DNA of 64,000 bases from positions 3,938,947 to 4,002,946 of the forward strand of contig OZ244722.1 in assembly GCA_965219245.1 (NCBI GenBank), read 5' to 3'. Made by a program: the position numbers and the translations under genes. Position 1 is the first letter of the stretch; each line of letters starts with the position of its first letter. Below are positions 1 to 9,118 of the stretch, piece by piece. The notes below the pieces were generated by a model. It was not told the origin of the DNA and made no database searches. It worked only from the letters and a program-made list of their open reading frames with translations. This stretch comes from Dehalococcoidia bacterium. GTDB lineage: Bacteria; Chloroflexota; Dehalococcoidia; Lucifugimonadales; VXLM01.

Positions 1-165
1 TGCGTATGGGTGGAGGCCTGGGAACGATCTCAGAAGATGCCGCAGTTTGGCAGCGGGATTCATGAGGTCCTCACCCCAACGGACCGGCGGCTCGAGGGCA
101 CCTCGTCGTGGATCAACGACATCAGCCCAAACGTCACCAAGCGACCGGTTGGGTGGGCTGAATGA
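1..165 (+). CDS. 3' end (54 codons) of an upstream gene that runs off the window; function not assignable
   Basis: Frame 1 is open from nt 1 to TGA at 163-165. That stop overlaps the metF ATG (162-164) as ATGA, a typical translational-coupling junction. Confidence 0.3.
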   Translation, partial: CVWVEAWERSQKMPQFGSGIHEVLTPTDRRLEGTSSWINDISPNVTKRPVGWAE

Positions 166-1139
166 GGTCGGGCTCCCGACTCGAACGAGTCCTGCGAGCC
201 GGCCACTTTGCGGTAACGGCTGAGCTCCTCTCCCCGGACAGCGCCGACCCGCAGTGCGTCCTCGACCACGCAAGTGGCTTCGGCGGCTCGTGCGATGCCA
301 TCAACGCCACCGACGCATCGGGCGCGACCGCACACATGTCGAACGTTGCCGTCGCCGCTCTGCTCCGGCGGGCCGGATACGATGCTATCGTGCAGATGGC
401 TTGCCGAGACAGGAACAGGATCGCGATGCAGGGCGATCTCCTGGGGCTCGCCGCACTCGACGTGCGAAACGTCCTGTGTCTGACCGGCGACGGCGTTGGC
501 ACGGGCGATCACCCCGAAGCAAAGCCCGTGTTCGATATGGACTCCATTACGCTGCTCCAAACGGCGCGAATCCTTCGCGACAGGGGACGGTTCCTCAGCG
601 GCCGCACCATCACTTCGCCACCTCGCCTGTTTCTGGGAGGCGCAAGCAACCCGTTCGTCCCGCCCTACGATTTCCGTCCCCTACGGCTGAAGAAGAAGAT
701 CGAGGCGGGCGCGGACTTCATTCAGACGCAATACTGCTTCGATCTCCCGCGTCTGAGTACGTTCATGGAGCGCGTCGTCGACATGGGGCTCCACGAGCGC
801 GTGTTCATCCTCGTGGGCGTCGGACCGCTGCGCTCAGCCAGGGTTGCTTATTGGATGCGCGACAATATCCCCGGTGTGGTCATACCGGACTCGGTGATCA
901 GGCGCTTGATCGGCGCGGGGAAGCGGTCGCGCACCGAAGGCAAGCGCATATGCACCGAAATGGTCCAGCAAATAAAGGAAATTCCTGGTATCTCAGGAGT
1001 CCACATCATGGCCTACCGGCAGGAGCATCTCGTCCCGGAAATACTTGGCGAGTCGGGTCTGCTTCCCAGACCCAATCTGGAAGCCCTTGAGCGTGCTCAT
1101 ACCCCAGAAGTTGGTGCTGTCGAAACGGACCGAAGCTAG
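162..1139 (+). CDS. metF: 5,10-methylenetetrahydrofolate reductase (MetF family)
   Basis: 325-aa ORF with MTHFR-like blocks (DAINATD, VQMACRDRNR, NVLCLTGD, GADFIQTQYCFD, VGVGPL). Confidence 0.85.
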   Translation: MRSGSRLERVLRAGHFAVTAELLSPDSADPQCVLDHASGFGGSCDAINATDASGATAHMSNVAVAALLRRAGYDAIVQMACRDRNRIAMQGDLLGLAALDVRNVLCLTGDGVGTGDHPEAKPVFDMDSITLLQTARILRDRGRFLSGRTITSPPRLFLGGASNPFVPPYDFRPLRLKKKIEAGADFIQTQYCFDLPRLSTFMERVVDMGLHERVFILVGVGPLRSARVAYWMRDNIPGVVIPDSVIRRLIGAGKRSRTEGKRICTEMVQQIKEIPGISGVHIMAYRQEHLVPEILGESGLLPRPNLEALERAHTPEVGAVETDRS

Positions 1140-1276
1140 GCGCTCCCAATCCGAAAGACGGACTTCCCGCACACCTTGCAGATGCCCTTCGTGGCTTGGC
1201 GGCCGTTCTTCATGGTGATCAGTTCGCGCTCGATGACATCGCGTTCAGTTTTACACTTGAGACAATACGCTCGCAT
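1136..1276 (-). CDS. small zinc-ribbon protein (DUF5679-like), 46 aa
   Basis: Hand translation gives MRAYCLKCKTERDVIERELITMKNGRQATKGICKVCGKSVFRIGSA with two CxxC pairs. It is below the 60-aa cutoff of the ORF track. ATG at 1276, TAG at 1136-1138. Confidence 0.55.
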   Translation of the reverse strand: MRAYCLKCKTERDVIERELITMKNGRQATKGICKVCGKSVFRIGSA

Positions 1277-1488
1277 CACATTAACCCCTAAGAAATGGAT
1301 CCGCCCAGAGTTCCTCTACCGACGATCGGCCACCCTTCGGCAGAACTCATACCCCGGCGAGTCCATTGTATTGTCTTTACAAGTTTCGGACAAGTCCCAG
1401 AATGATTCAGGAAAATCCCCGCATGTGTTGCACGCCGCCAACTGCGCCACGCACTTTCGTAGCAGAGGTAACCTACCCTACGTGGCAT

Positions 1489-2028
1489 TCAAGTACGGGG
1501 AGAATCCACTACGACCTTCGTGCCGGCCAAGTAGTCGTGGACGCACCTGCGGTTCTTGGCGAAGATGAATGCATGATCGATGACGACGTAAGGCGGGATC
1601 AGGGTCAAGATCCAGTTGACGAAATATCGCAACACCACGTTCCTGTACGCGGTCCCCTTCACACCCGTTTCCTCATCGACGATTCGGATACGCAGCAACC
1701 GCTTCCCCACGGTCTGTCCCTCGCGTCGGAGAAGGGCGACCTGGAAGGGTACGCCCGTTACGCCGAGCAAGAGCAGCGCCAGCGTCGCTATCGCCGGGCC
1801 ACCCATGTCTGCCGAGAACATCCCGGCGACGAACGCGGCGGGAGACAGCGGCAGGTCGACGATCCACGCCACGAGACGTCTCCACCTCTCGGCCGGGTAC
1901 AGGACATCCAGCGGCGCGTCCGTTGAGCCGCCCAGGGGCGTCCTGCACCGTCGACACCAGCGGTCGTTCCGCGCATTCTTCGTCTCGCATCGGGGGCAGT
2001 TGATGGCCTGAAGCGGCTGAAGGGTCAT
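1489..2028 (-). CDS. RDD-family membrane protein with N-terminal zinc ribbon
   Basis: N-terminal CPRCETKN...CRRC ribbon, then hydrophobic segments and an RDD-like core (VGKRLLRIRIVD, HDYLAGTKVV). Confidence 0.7.
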   Translation of the reverse strand: MTLQPLQAINCPRCETKNARNDRWCRRCRTPLGGSTDAPLDVLYPAERWRRLVAWIVDLPLSPAAFVAGMFSADMGGPAIATLALLLLGVTGVPFQVALLRREGQTVGKRLLRIRIVDEETGVKGTAYRNVVLRYFVNWILTLIPPYVVIDHAFIFAKNRRCVHDYLAGTKVVVDSPRT

Positions 2029-2045
2029 CGTCCTTCCCGCAGTTG

Positions 2046-2074
2046 TTGACCAGCCTAGGGGGCAACACTACAAT
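2046..2074 (+). promoter_or_regulatory. sigma70-like promoter: TTGACC, 17-nt spacer, TACAAT
   Basis: The hexamers read directly at 2046-2051 and 2069-2074, about 40 nt upstream of the 2114 ATG. Confidence 0.35.
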
Positions 2075-2113
2075 AGCGCCAAAGTCGAGACGCCTTCCGA
2101 GAGGAACCGAACT

Positions 2114-2614
2114 ATGCCGGAGCTTACCCTAAGTCCCACTGCCGTTCAAGCGGAGCTTCACAAGAACGACGTGACGGACGTTGTATGGCTGCCCGATACG
2201 GAAAGCGGGCACATGTACAACCTGCTACAGGCAGATCCTGCCCTACGGATCATCCCTATCGCCCGCGAAGCCGAGAGTATGCCCATAGCGGCAGGCCTCT
2301 GGATAGGAGGGCGAAAGCCCGTAGTGATGATCCAAAACACGGGGTTCTTCGAGTCCGGCGACTCGGTGCGCGGCATGGCCGTCGATATCGCCGCGCCGCT
2401 CGTCATCTTCATCGGGTACCGTGGATGGACTCGACGCGGCGTCACGACCGACTCGGCCGCCCACATCACCGAGCCTACCCTTCACGCCTGGCGCATGACT
2501 TACTACCTCGTCGAGCACGACGAGGACATGGACCGTATCTCGGTGGCATTCGAAGACGCGGAAAGAATGAAAAGGCCCGTGGGCGTTCTCATCGGCGGGG
2601 AATATTCGGGCTAG
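2114..2614 (+). CDS. stand-alone thiamine-diphosphate enzyme N-terminal (Pyr) domain protein, similar to sulfopyruvate/phosphonopyruvate decarboxylase alpha subunit
   Basis: 166 aa with WLPDTESGH, PIAREAE, AAGLWIGGRKPVVMIQNTG, as in the TPP_enzyme_N fold. No adjacent beta (PP-binding) subunit gene. Confidence 0.55.
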   Translation: MPELTLSPTAVQAELHKNDVTDVVWLPDTESGHMYNLLQADPALRIIPIAREAESMPIAAGLWIGGRKPVVMIQNTGFFESGDSVRGMAVDIAAPLVIFIGYRGWTRRGVTTDSAAHITEPTLHAWRMTYYLVEHDEDMDRISVAFEDAERMKRPVGVLIGGEYSG

Positions 2615-2647
2615 GCCGAGCTATCCGTTCGAGGAAGTCTAGCTTCC

Positions 2648-3103
2648 TCAGCAGTTGCGCCGCTCGATATCGAGCACCTTGTTGAGCCGACGCACGTACT
2701 TCTCCTCTTCCTCGATGAACCTCGCCGAGAGGAAGGCCGTCACGACCTCTTTGGCCAACTCCTCCCCGATGATGCGCGCGCCGATGCAGACCACGTTCAT
2801 GTCGTCGTGCTCGACGCCCTGCCGCGCGGAGTAGGTGTCGTGGCACAGCCCGGCGCGAACCCCTCGCACCTTATTGGCGGCAACGCTCGCTCCAACGCCG
2901 CTTCCGCACACGATCAAACCGCGTTCCGCCCTGCCGTCGACCACCCGAACCGAGACCGCCTCGGAGAAGTCGGGGAAATCGTCGAGGGCATCGTACTCGT
3001 AGGCCCCGGCGTCGTCGACCGTGTGGCCGAGCGACCTCACGTGCTCGGCGACCAGGGTCTTCATCTCGAAGCCTGCGTGGTCTCCACCCACGGCTACCCG
3101 CAT
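2648..3103 (-). CDS. rpiB: ribose-5-phosphate isomerase B
   Basis: MRVAVGGDHAGFEMK..., GLIVCGSGVGASVAANKVRGVRAG and NVVCIGARIIG are characteristic RpiB/LacAB motifs. Confidence 0.85.
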   Translation of the reverse strand: MRVAVGGDHAGFEMKTLVAEHVRSLGHTVDDAGAYEYDALDDFPDFSEAVSVRVVDGRAERGLIVCGSGVGASVAANKVRGVRAGLCHDTYSARQGVEHDDMNVVCIGARIIGEELAKEVVTAFLSARFIEEEEKYVRRLNKVLDIERRNC

Positions 3104-3347
3104 TTGTACTCTCCCGCGTCTGCGTTTCTCGGTTCAAAGCTTACCACAGAGGCCCTCACGCCCTCAGGTGATAGAATCGAGTTACTCATACCTGTGTAGA
3201 CACACTGCCTTGGTCAAGAGAGCTTCAAACCCCGTTGTGTCCGAGCGCTTTTTCGCCAGCCCGGCGCGCGTTCGGAGATTGCTTGACGAGATAGATGATG
3301 GTAAGCCCGACAGCGGGACACTGTATCTTCAGCCTTGGAGCGGCAGA

Positions 3348-3998
3348 ATGCCCCCCTCTCTGAGTCTCTCCCTCGCGGGGGCAGAGATGGGAAGCTCTGC
3401 GGCAAAGGACCAGATTCGCAAGTTCTCGAACGCGGTTCCTGAATCAGAGACCGGAGCGGCTGTGTTTTGGACCGATCGCAAGGCATTGGCTATTCTTCCA
3501 CCCTTCCCTATCGACGAAGACCGGTTCACCGATGGAATCGACGGATCCGATCTTGAAGAGGTGTACAAGCGAGACGTAACCGTCGGAGTCGTGCTCCTGA
3601 GAATGGGCAGGTACGCGATAGGCGTGGTACGAGGCGATAAGCTGCTCGCCTCCAAGACCGATACTCGCCACGTCAAGAATCGCCACAGGGCGGGCGGGTC
3701 CTCCCAGCGGAGATTCATGCGGAGTCGTGACCGGTTGATCCGAGAGCTGTACGACGCGGGGTGCGAAGTCACCCGGCGAATCTTCGAGCCGCACCTCGAA
3801 TCCATAGACTGCGTGCTAACCGGTGGAGAACGCCAGACGATCAACGGCTTTCTCAAGCGGTGCGAGTTCCTCGAAAGGTCGAAATTGCCGGTGATGAAGC
3901 GGCTGCTGGCTGTCGAGCGGCCAAGCCACAAGGCGTTGGAAAGCATCCACCGCGAAGTCTGGAAGAGTCGCGTCCTCGTCTTCGACAGGGCCGAATAA
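3348..3998 (+). CDS. Vms1/ANKZF1-like (acVLRF1 family) peptidyl-tRNA hydrolase
   Basis: The motif HRAGGSSQRRFMRSRDR matches the GGxxQ-xRF release-factor-like loop of VLRF1 domains. GGAG lies 7 nt upstream of the ATG at 3348. The longer ORF from 3021 overlaps rpiB and is rejected; an alternative GTG at 3237 cannot be excluded. Confidence 0.6.
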   Translation: MPPSLSLSLAGAEMGSSAAKDQIRKFSNAVPESETGAAVFWTDRKALAILPPFPIDEDRFTDGIDGSDLEEVYKRDVTVGVVLLRMGRYAIGVVRGDKLLASKTDTRHVKNRHRAGGSSQRRFMRSRDRLIRELYDAGCEVTRRIFEPHLESIDCVLTGGERQTINGFLKRCEFLERSKLPVMKRLLAVERPSHKALESIHREVWKSRVLVFDRAE

Positions 3999-4001
3999 CG
4001 G

Positions 4002-4769
4002 CTATTGAGCCGTATATCCCCCGTCGACGGGTAGGTATGAGCCGGTCATGAAGGACGACTCGTCCGAAGCCATGAAGAGCGCCGCGTAGGCCACATCCTC
4101 GGGCCGGCCAAGTCGACCCATCGGGTGCCGCTCCTCCAGAAACCTCTTCATATCGGCGTCCTCCGTGAGCGATCTGGTCAGAGGAGTCTCCGTAAACCCG
4201 GGACCCAGACAGTTGACGCGGATGTTCTTCGCGGCCATATCGATGGCGAGGTTGCGGGTGAACTGGAGGACTCCGCCCTTCGAGACAGGATACGGATTGA
4301 ACCCGCTCTTCCAACTGGGCGGGTAACCCACGACGCTCATGATGGAACCGAGATTCACGATCGACCCGCCCCCTGCCCTCTCCATCTCGGGGACGGAGTG
4401 GAGGGCCATGAGATAGGTGCCCTTGAGGTTCACCTCGATAACGCGATCCCAGACCTCTTCGGGATGCGTCGTCGATGGAAGGCTCCGCGCGGTTATGCCG
4501 GCGCTATTTACGAGGATGTGCAGGGCGCCGTAGCCATCGACTGCCCTTTGGACGATGCTCAACGCCTCGTCGGAGTCCGTAACGTCGCCCAGGACGGGGA
4601 TGGATTCCCCTCCCCGTTCAACGATTGCGGCAGCGGTCTTCTCCGCTCCCTCTTGGTCGATGTCTGACGCGACGACGCTAGCCCCATGCTCTGCGAAAAG
4701 CAGCGACGTGGCCTCTCCGATCCCGGATGCGGCTCCCGTGACGATTGCGACCTTGTCCTTCAGTCTCAT
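4002..4769 (-). CDS. SDR-family oxidoreductase (FabG-like)
   Basis: TGAASGIGEA glycine-rich motif, NSAG, and the S...YxxxK pattern (YPVSKGG). Confidence 0.85.
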   Translation of the reverse strand: MRLKDKVAIVTGAASGIGEATSLLFAEHGASVVASDIDQEGAEKTAAAIVERGGESIPVLGDVTDSDEALSIVQRAVDGYGALHILVNSAGITARSLPSTTHPEEVWDRVIEVNLKGTYLMALHSVPEMERAGGGSIVNLGSIMSVVGYPPSWKSGFNPYPVSKGGVLQFTRNLAIDMAAKNIRVNCLGPGFTETPLTRSLTEDADMKRFLEERHPMGRLGRPEDVAYAALFMASDESSFMTGSYLPVDGGYTAQ

Positions 4770-4781
4770 CCAGACCTCACG

Positions 4782-5651
4782 TCAGTTGAGTTCGACGCCG
4801 ACCTCGCGAGCGACGCTGCGAATGTACTGCTGTCCCTGGACGGTCTGCGGGTACGGAAAGTGCTCTGCATGGACGGTCACGTCGTGGTCGAGAGCGTCCA
4901 ATCGACGCAACATCGTGTGATAGTCCATTGTGCCCTCGCCGGGGACGGCCTCTCCGACATGACTCACTATCTTGCCGCCTCCGCTGACCGCGACATCTTT
5001 CGCGTGGAGGCCGACTATATCGGGCCCCAGTCCGTCGAATATCTCGTCGACCAGCTCGGTCGTGCGATATGCCATATGGGGGTGAACAAGATTGACGGGG
5101 TCCATGAGTATCTTCAGGCGTGGAGACGCGACGGTGTCGAGCATCTGCTTGAGGCGATCCACCGAGTACATGCAGGTCATGACGTGGGGGTGCGCGCCGA
5201 TGTCAATCCCCGCATCCTCCGCAAGGTCGGCCAGTTCCCGGATGCCGTCGAGCACCTGCCGCCACGTGTCTTCCTCCCACATCTTCGGTGTCCCGCGACC
5301 GACCAGCGTGCCGAAACCTACGAGATGTGCGCCGAGAATCTTCGCGTGCCGCAGCTGACGCTCGTACAGCTCCAACGTGTAACGGTGGTCCTCTCGATCA
5401 TACCCGCCGAGACCGCCCCAGGGTCTGGTCCCCTTGTAGAAGCCGGTGAACTCGCCGACGCTCAGGCCGTTTTCATCGAGAAACTCCCGAAGTTCGTGCA
5501 CGTCGTCATCGTCGTATTCGGGACGCACTCTCTGGACGGTAATGGTCGTAACGTCCATCGTGGCCGCGTGTTTGATCAGTTCGTCTCGGTCGGCCTCACC
5601 TTCAGGACCGACGGTAAGGAATTGGCCGAGCGGGGGACTCAAGATAATCAC
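4782..5651 (-). CDS. sugar phosphate isomerase/epimerase (xylose isomerase-like TIM barrel)
   Basis: AP-endonuclease-2/TIM-barrel-like blocks (LGAHLVGF, IDIGAHPH, LHAKD). GTG start at 5651 is preceded by GGAGGA with a 6-nt spacer. Confidence 0.7.
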   Translation of the reverse strand: MIILSPPLGQFLTVGPEGEADRDELIKHAATMDVTTITVQRVRPEYDDDDVHELREFLDENGLSVGEFTGFYKGTRPWGGLGGYDREDHRYTLELYERQLRHAKILGAHLVGFGTLVGRGTPKMWEEDTWRQVLDGIRELADLAEDAGIDIGAHPHVMTCMYSVDRLKQMLDTVASPRLKILMDPVNLVHPHMAYRTTELVDEIFDGLGPDIVGLHAKDVAVSGGGKIVSHVGEAVPGEGTMDYHTMLRRLDALDHDVTVHAEHFPYPQTVQGQQYIRSVAREVGVELN

Positions 5652-5733
5652 AGTTTTCCTCCAAAGTGCTGCGTGCTTGCTACCAGGGTGATTGTACCGG
5701 AATTGCGACAAATCGTCCGCCGCCACGAATGGA

Positions 5734-7026
5734 CTATTCGACCTCTGCAATTACCGACTGCCCGTTCAGCCCAACGATTCGCGCCCATGTGATTTCATTC
5801 GCCAACTCGCATTCCGAGCGTGCAGTCATCCGGATGTAGTTGTCCGTGAGTCCCACCCACTTGCCCGCTTTTCGTGACTCCCACAGGACCTGCCGAGAGG
5901 TCCCGACGAACCGGACACGGAAGGCTGCTCCCTGTTCCTTTGAGAGTGCGATTAACTGCCCTACCCGCTCGGACTTGACCTGCGGGGCAACGTCGTCACG
6001 GAAATGCGCGGCGCTGGTACCCGGTCGTGCGGAGTACGGGAAGACGTGCATTGAGGCGAAACCGACCTCCCTGCACAGGCGATAGGTCTCCTCGAAATCG
6101 TTCTCGGTCTCTCCCGGAAAGCCAGCAATGACGTCCGTCGTGACGGCGGCATCGGGGATGGCCTTCCGAATGGCGTCTACCGCGTCGAGGAACTGCCGGC
6201 TGTCATACCGCCGTCTCATGCGCTTGAGGACCGCGTCGCTTCCGCTCTGCAACGGGAGATGAAAATGCGGCGCAAGCCTGTCGTCCGACCACGGCACCAG
6301 CAGACGCTCGTCGATCTCGTGGGCCTGCAGCGACGAGACTCGAAGCCGCGCCATGCTGCATCGGTTGAGCACATAATGGATGAGACCGGCGAGGTCGATG
6401 CCCTCCAGGTCGAAGCCATACGAGCCCAGCTGCGTTCCCGTGAGGACGACTTCCTTGTAGCGGCGGCTCGTGTATTCGTCTATCGTGCCAACGATCTCGT
6501 CCGGCGGAATGCTCCGCTCGCGTCCGCGCACCTTCGGCACGATGCAGTAGGCGCATACCTGATTGCAGCCCTCCTGAATCTTGACCATGGCGCGCGTTCG
6601 GGCCGCGCTCGGACTGATAGCCTGCACGTCGTCACCGGTGGCGCAGGGAACGATCTCATCCCCCGCCCAGTCGACGACGTGACGTACTAAAGTCGCCTTC
6701 GCGGTATTGCCGACCACGAGATCGACCTCGTCGAGCTTCCGCAGGGTCTCCGGGGAGCGTTGTGCGTAGCACCCTGTCGCCACGATGGTGGCGTTGGGAT
6801 GACGTCGCCGCGCGGAGCGGAGTGCGCGCCGGGCCTTCGAGTCGGCCACGTGCGTGACCGTGCAGCTGTTTACCAGGTATACGTCGACGGGCGTGTCCTC
6901 CCCAACGACCTCGAATCCGGCATCTGCGAATTCCGTCGCCAGACTGCCTGAATCGGCCTGATTGAGCTTGCAGCCATGCGTCTCGATGGCCACTCGCGGC
7001 TTTGACTGTAGTTCAATATCAATCAT
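5734..7026 (-). CDS. mtaB: radical-SAM tRNA methylthiotransferase (MiaB/MtaB family, MtaB-like)
   Basis: N-terminal UPF0004 block (VAIETHGCKLNQADS, VNSCTVT), CNQVCAYC radical SAM motif, C-terminal TRAM-like region. Start taken at MIDIELQ (ATG 7026). The 252 codons upstream in the track ORF are antisense to real genes. Confidence 0.8.
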   Translation of the reverse strand: MIDIELQSKPRVAIETHGCKLNQADSGSLATEFADAGFEVVGEDTPVDVYLVNSCTVTHVADSKARRALRSARRRHPNATIVATGCYAQRSPETLRKLDEVDLVVGNTAKATLVRHVVDWAGDEIVPCATGDDVQAISPSAARTRAMVKIQEGCNQVCAYCIVPKVRGRERSIPPDEIVGTIDEYTSRRYKEVVLTGTQLGSYGFDLEGIDLAGLIHYVLNRCSMARLRVSSLQAHEIDERLLVPWSDDRLAPHFHLPLQSGSDAVLKRMRRRYDSRQFLDAVDAIRKAIPDAAVTTDVIAGFPGETENDFEETYRLCREVGFASMHVFPYSARPGTSAAHFRDDVAPQVKSERVGQLIALSKEQGAAFRVRFVGTSRQVLWESRKAGKWVGLTDNYIRMTARSECELANEITWARIVGLNGQSVIAEVE

Positions 7027-7161
7027 TGGGGATACCTCGCTTGATTCTACCACGCCAGTGGCCCTATCCAAGGAAGATTCGCGTCGTTTGATAGTACAGG
7101 CGGCTGCGTTGTACGATGGTACCAAGCGGCGTTCGCCATACCTTCTCCGAGGGGAAAACGC

Positions 7162-7410
7162 ATGGAGCAAACAGGTATCACCGTTTACGGAACGGCGTGG
7201 TGCGGGGACTGCCGCCGAGCGAAGCTCTTCCTCGATACTCGAAAGATCGGCTACGACTGGGTTGACATCGAGCAGGACGCCGAAGCCGCCATCAAAGTCA
7301 TGGACATCAACGGAGGGTATCGCAGCGTTCCGACTATTGTGTTCGAGGATGGCTCCATTCTCGTCGAGCCGAGCAACGCCGAGCTCGCCCAGAAGTTCGC
7401 AGGCCGCTAA
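7162..7410 (+). CDS. glutaredoxin-like/NrdH-like small redoxin
   Basis: 82 aa with the WCGDC active-site motif and SVPTIVF, typical of the thioredoxin fold. Confidence 0.7.
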   Translation: MEQTGITVYGTAWCGDCRRAKLFLDTRKIGYDWVDIEQDAEAAIKVMDINGGYRSVPTIVFEDGSILVEPSNAELAQKFAGR

Positions 7411-7422
7411 TCGTGGCGACGA

Positions 7423-9051
7423 ATGGCGATGGCTGACCGTACCGTAGGCGACACCTTTGCCGAGGCGCTTCAACGCAGCGGAGTGCCGTGCGTATTCGGC
7501 ATCCCCGGCGGCGGAAGCGCGATAGACCTCATCGAGGCCTGCCGAGCGGTCGGGATTCCCTTCGTCCTCGTCCAGCACGAGACTACCGCGGCGATGTCCG
7601 CCATCGTCGCAGGCGAGCTGACCGGCTCCTGCGGTGTCTGCATGTCGATCATGGGCCCAGGCGCCGCGAACTTGGTAGGCGGAGCGAGCTTCGGGCTGTG
7701 GGAACGACATGCCGTCCTGAGCCTCACGGAAGCCTACCCTACCGCTCAGGCACCACAAATGTCGCTCCAGTTCATGGACCACTCGCAGATGTTCATGAGC
7801 TTCTCAAAGGCGTCCGAAGTGCTGAGCGGCGACCACCCCGGCGAACAGACCGAGCGTCTGATGAAGCTCGCCCTCTCCGAACGACCTGGACCCGTACACC
7901 TCGACATACCGAACGACTTGCTGACGCAGCACACAGGGCCGGAAGTACCTTTTACCCCCGACGTACAAGGTGACGCTTCCGAGGTCGTTGGCGATCTCGA
8001 TGCGATCGCGGACGCAATCAACGATGCCGTAAAACCCGTGCTCGTCGTCGGTCCCGCAGTCGTTCGCGCTGATGCCTGCGACGAGCTTCGAATGCTTGCC
8101 GAACGGCTTGGGGCCGCCGTGGTTACGACCTCGAAGGCGCGGGGCGCTATCCCGGAAGACCATCCGCTGGCGGCAGGTATCGTCACGGGCGTGTACGGCG
8201 AGACGACATTCGAGGGACGGATTATCGCCCAAAGCGACCTGATCGTAGCCGTCGGACTCGACCGCATGGAGCTCCTGTCTCCGTGGGAATACTCGCAGCC
8301 GCTCGTTTGCATAGACGCAATCGACCCTACTGCTGAGCCGGTCGGAAGTCCAAAGCACACGGTGTACGGATCGATCAGACGCATTTTGAGTCAGCTTGCG
8401 GAGGCCGTTCGGCCTGCTGAAGCGTGGAGCACGGCGGAACTGAGTGAGTTTCGGGACTATGCGCGTTCGGCGCTGCTAGCTGATTCGGATGAACTGAACT
8501 CGGCGACTCTACTCGAACGCGCTCAATACTTTGCTCCTCGCGACACAACGCTCGTCACAGAGACGGGTATCTACAACGCCGTCAACCTCTTCACATGGAA
8601 GGTACGCGTCCCCGACCTGTACTTCGGGTCCAGCGGCGCGAATACGATGGGCTTTTCGATCCCTGCTGCATTGGCATCCGCCCTCGTTCGGCCTCGGCAA
8701 AAGACCGTTGCCCTCGTCGGCGACGGTGGTTTCCTGATGAAGGTGTCCGAGTTGGAGACCCTCGCGAGAGAGAAGCTGGCCCCAATCATCATCGTGTTCA
8801 ACGACCGTTCCCTTGGCCTGATCCGAATCAAACAGGCAGCGAAGGGCTACCGTAGAAACGCCGTAGACCTCGCTCCGGTCGATTTCGCTCGGCTGGCCCG
8901 GAGCTTTGGCGGGCGAGGCGAGCGAGTAAGCACACTGGCAGCCTTCGACACCGCTTTCAAGGCCGCCCTCGATGACGACCGGTTCACCGTAATCGACGCC
9001 CGGCTCGACCCGGACGTATACGCCTCACATATGCTCCCGATCAGAGGATAA
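7423..9051 (+). CDS. thiamine-diphosphate-dependent enzyme (acetolactate synthase large-subunit-like)
   Basis: 542 aa with VFGIPGG, the HETTAA region, and the GDGGF...N TPP-binding motif (LVGDGGFLM...NDRSLG). Confidence 0.8.
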   Translation: MAMADRTVGDTFAEALQRSGVPCVFGIPGGGSAIDLIEACRAVGIPFVLVQHETTAAMSAIVAGELTGSCGVCMSIMGPGAANLVGGASFGLWERHAVLSLTEAYPTAQAPQMSLQFMDHSQMFMSFSKASEVLSGDHPGEQTERLMKLALSERPGPVHLDIPNDLLTQHTGPEVPFTPDVQGDASEVVGDLDAIADAINDAVKPVLVVGPAVVRADACDELRMLAERLGAAVVTTSKARGAIPEDHPLAAGIVTGVYGETTFEGRIIAQSDLIVAVGLDRMELLSPWEYSQPLVCIDAIDPTAEPVGSPKHTVYGSIRRILSQLAEAVRPAEAWSTAELSEFRDYARSALLADSDELNSATLLERAQYFAPRDTTLVTETGIYNAVNLFTWKVRVPDLYFGSSGANTMGFSIPAALASALVRPRQKTVALVGDGGFLMKVSELETLAREKLAPIIIVFNDRSLGLIRIKQAAKGYRRNAVDLAPVDFARLARSFGGRGERVSTLAAFDTAFKAALDDDRFTVIDARLDPDVYASHMLPIRG

Positions 9052-9118
9052 CTGTCTCCGGCGCCGGTGCGTTAACGTAACAGTTCAATACTTCCACCCC
9101 ACTCTGGATCCGTACGCC

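Noticed and set aside
7027-7782. 252-codon N-terminal extension of the MtaB ORF (track ORF 5734..7782).
   Set aside because: The extension is antisense to the glutaredoxin-like and TPP-enzyme genes and is Arg/Gly/Ala-rich. The MiaB/MtaB N-terminal block starts right after the ATG at 7026.
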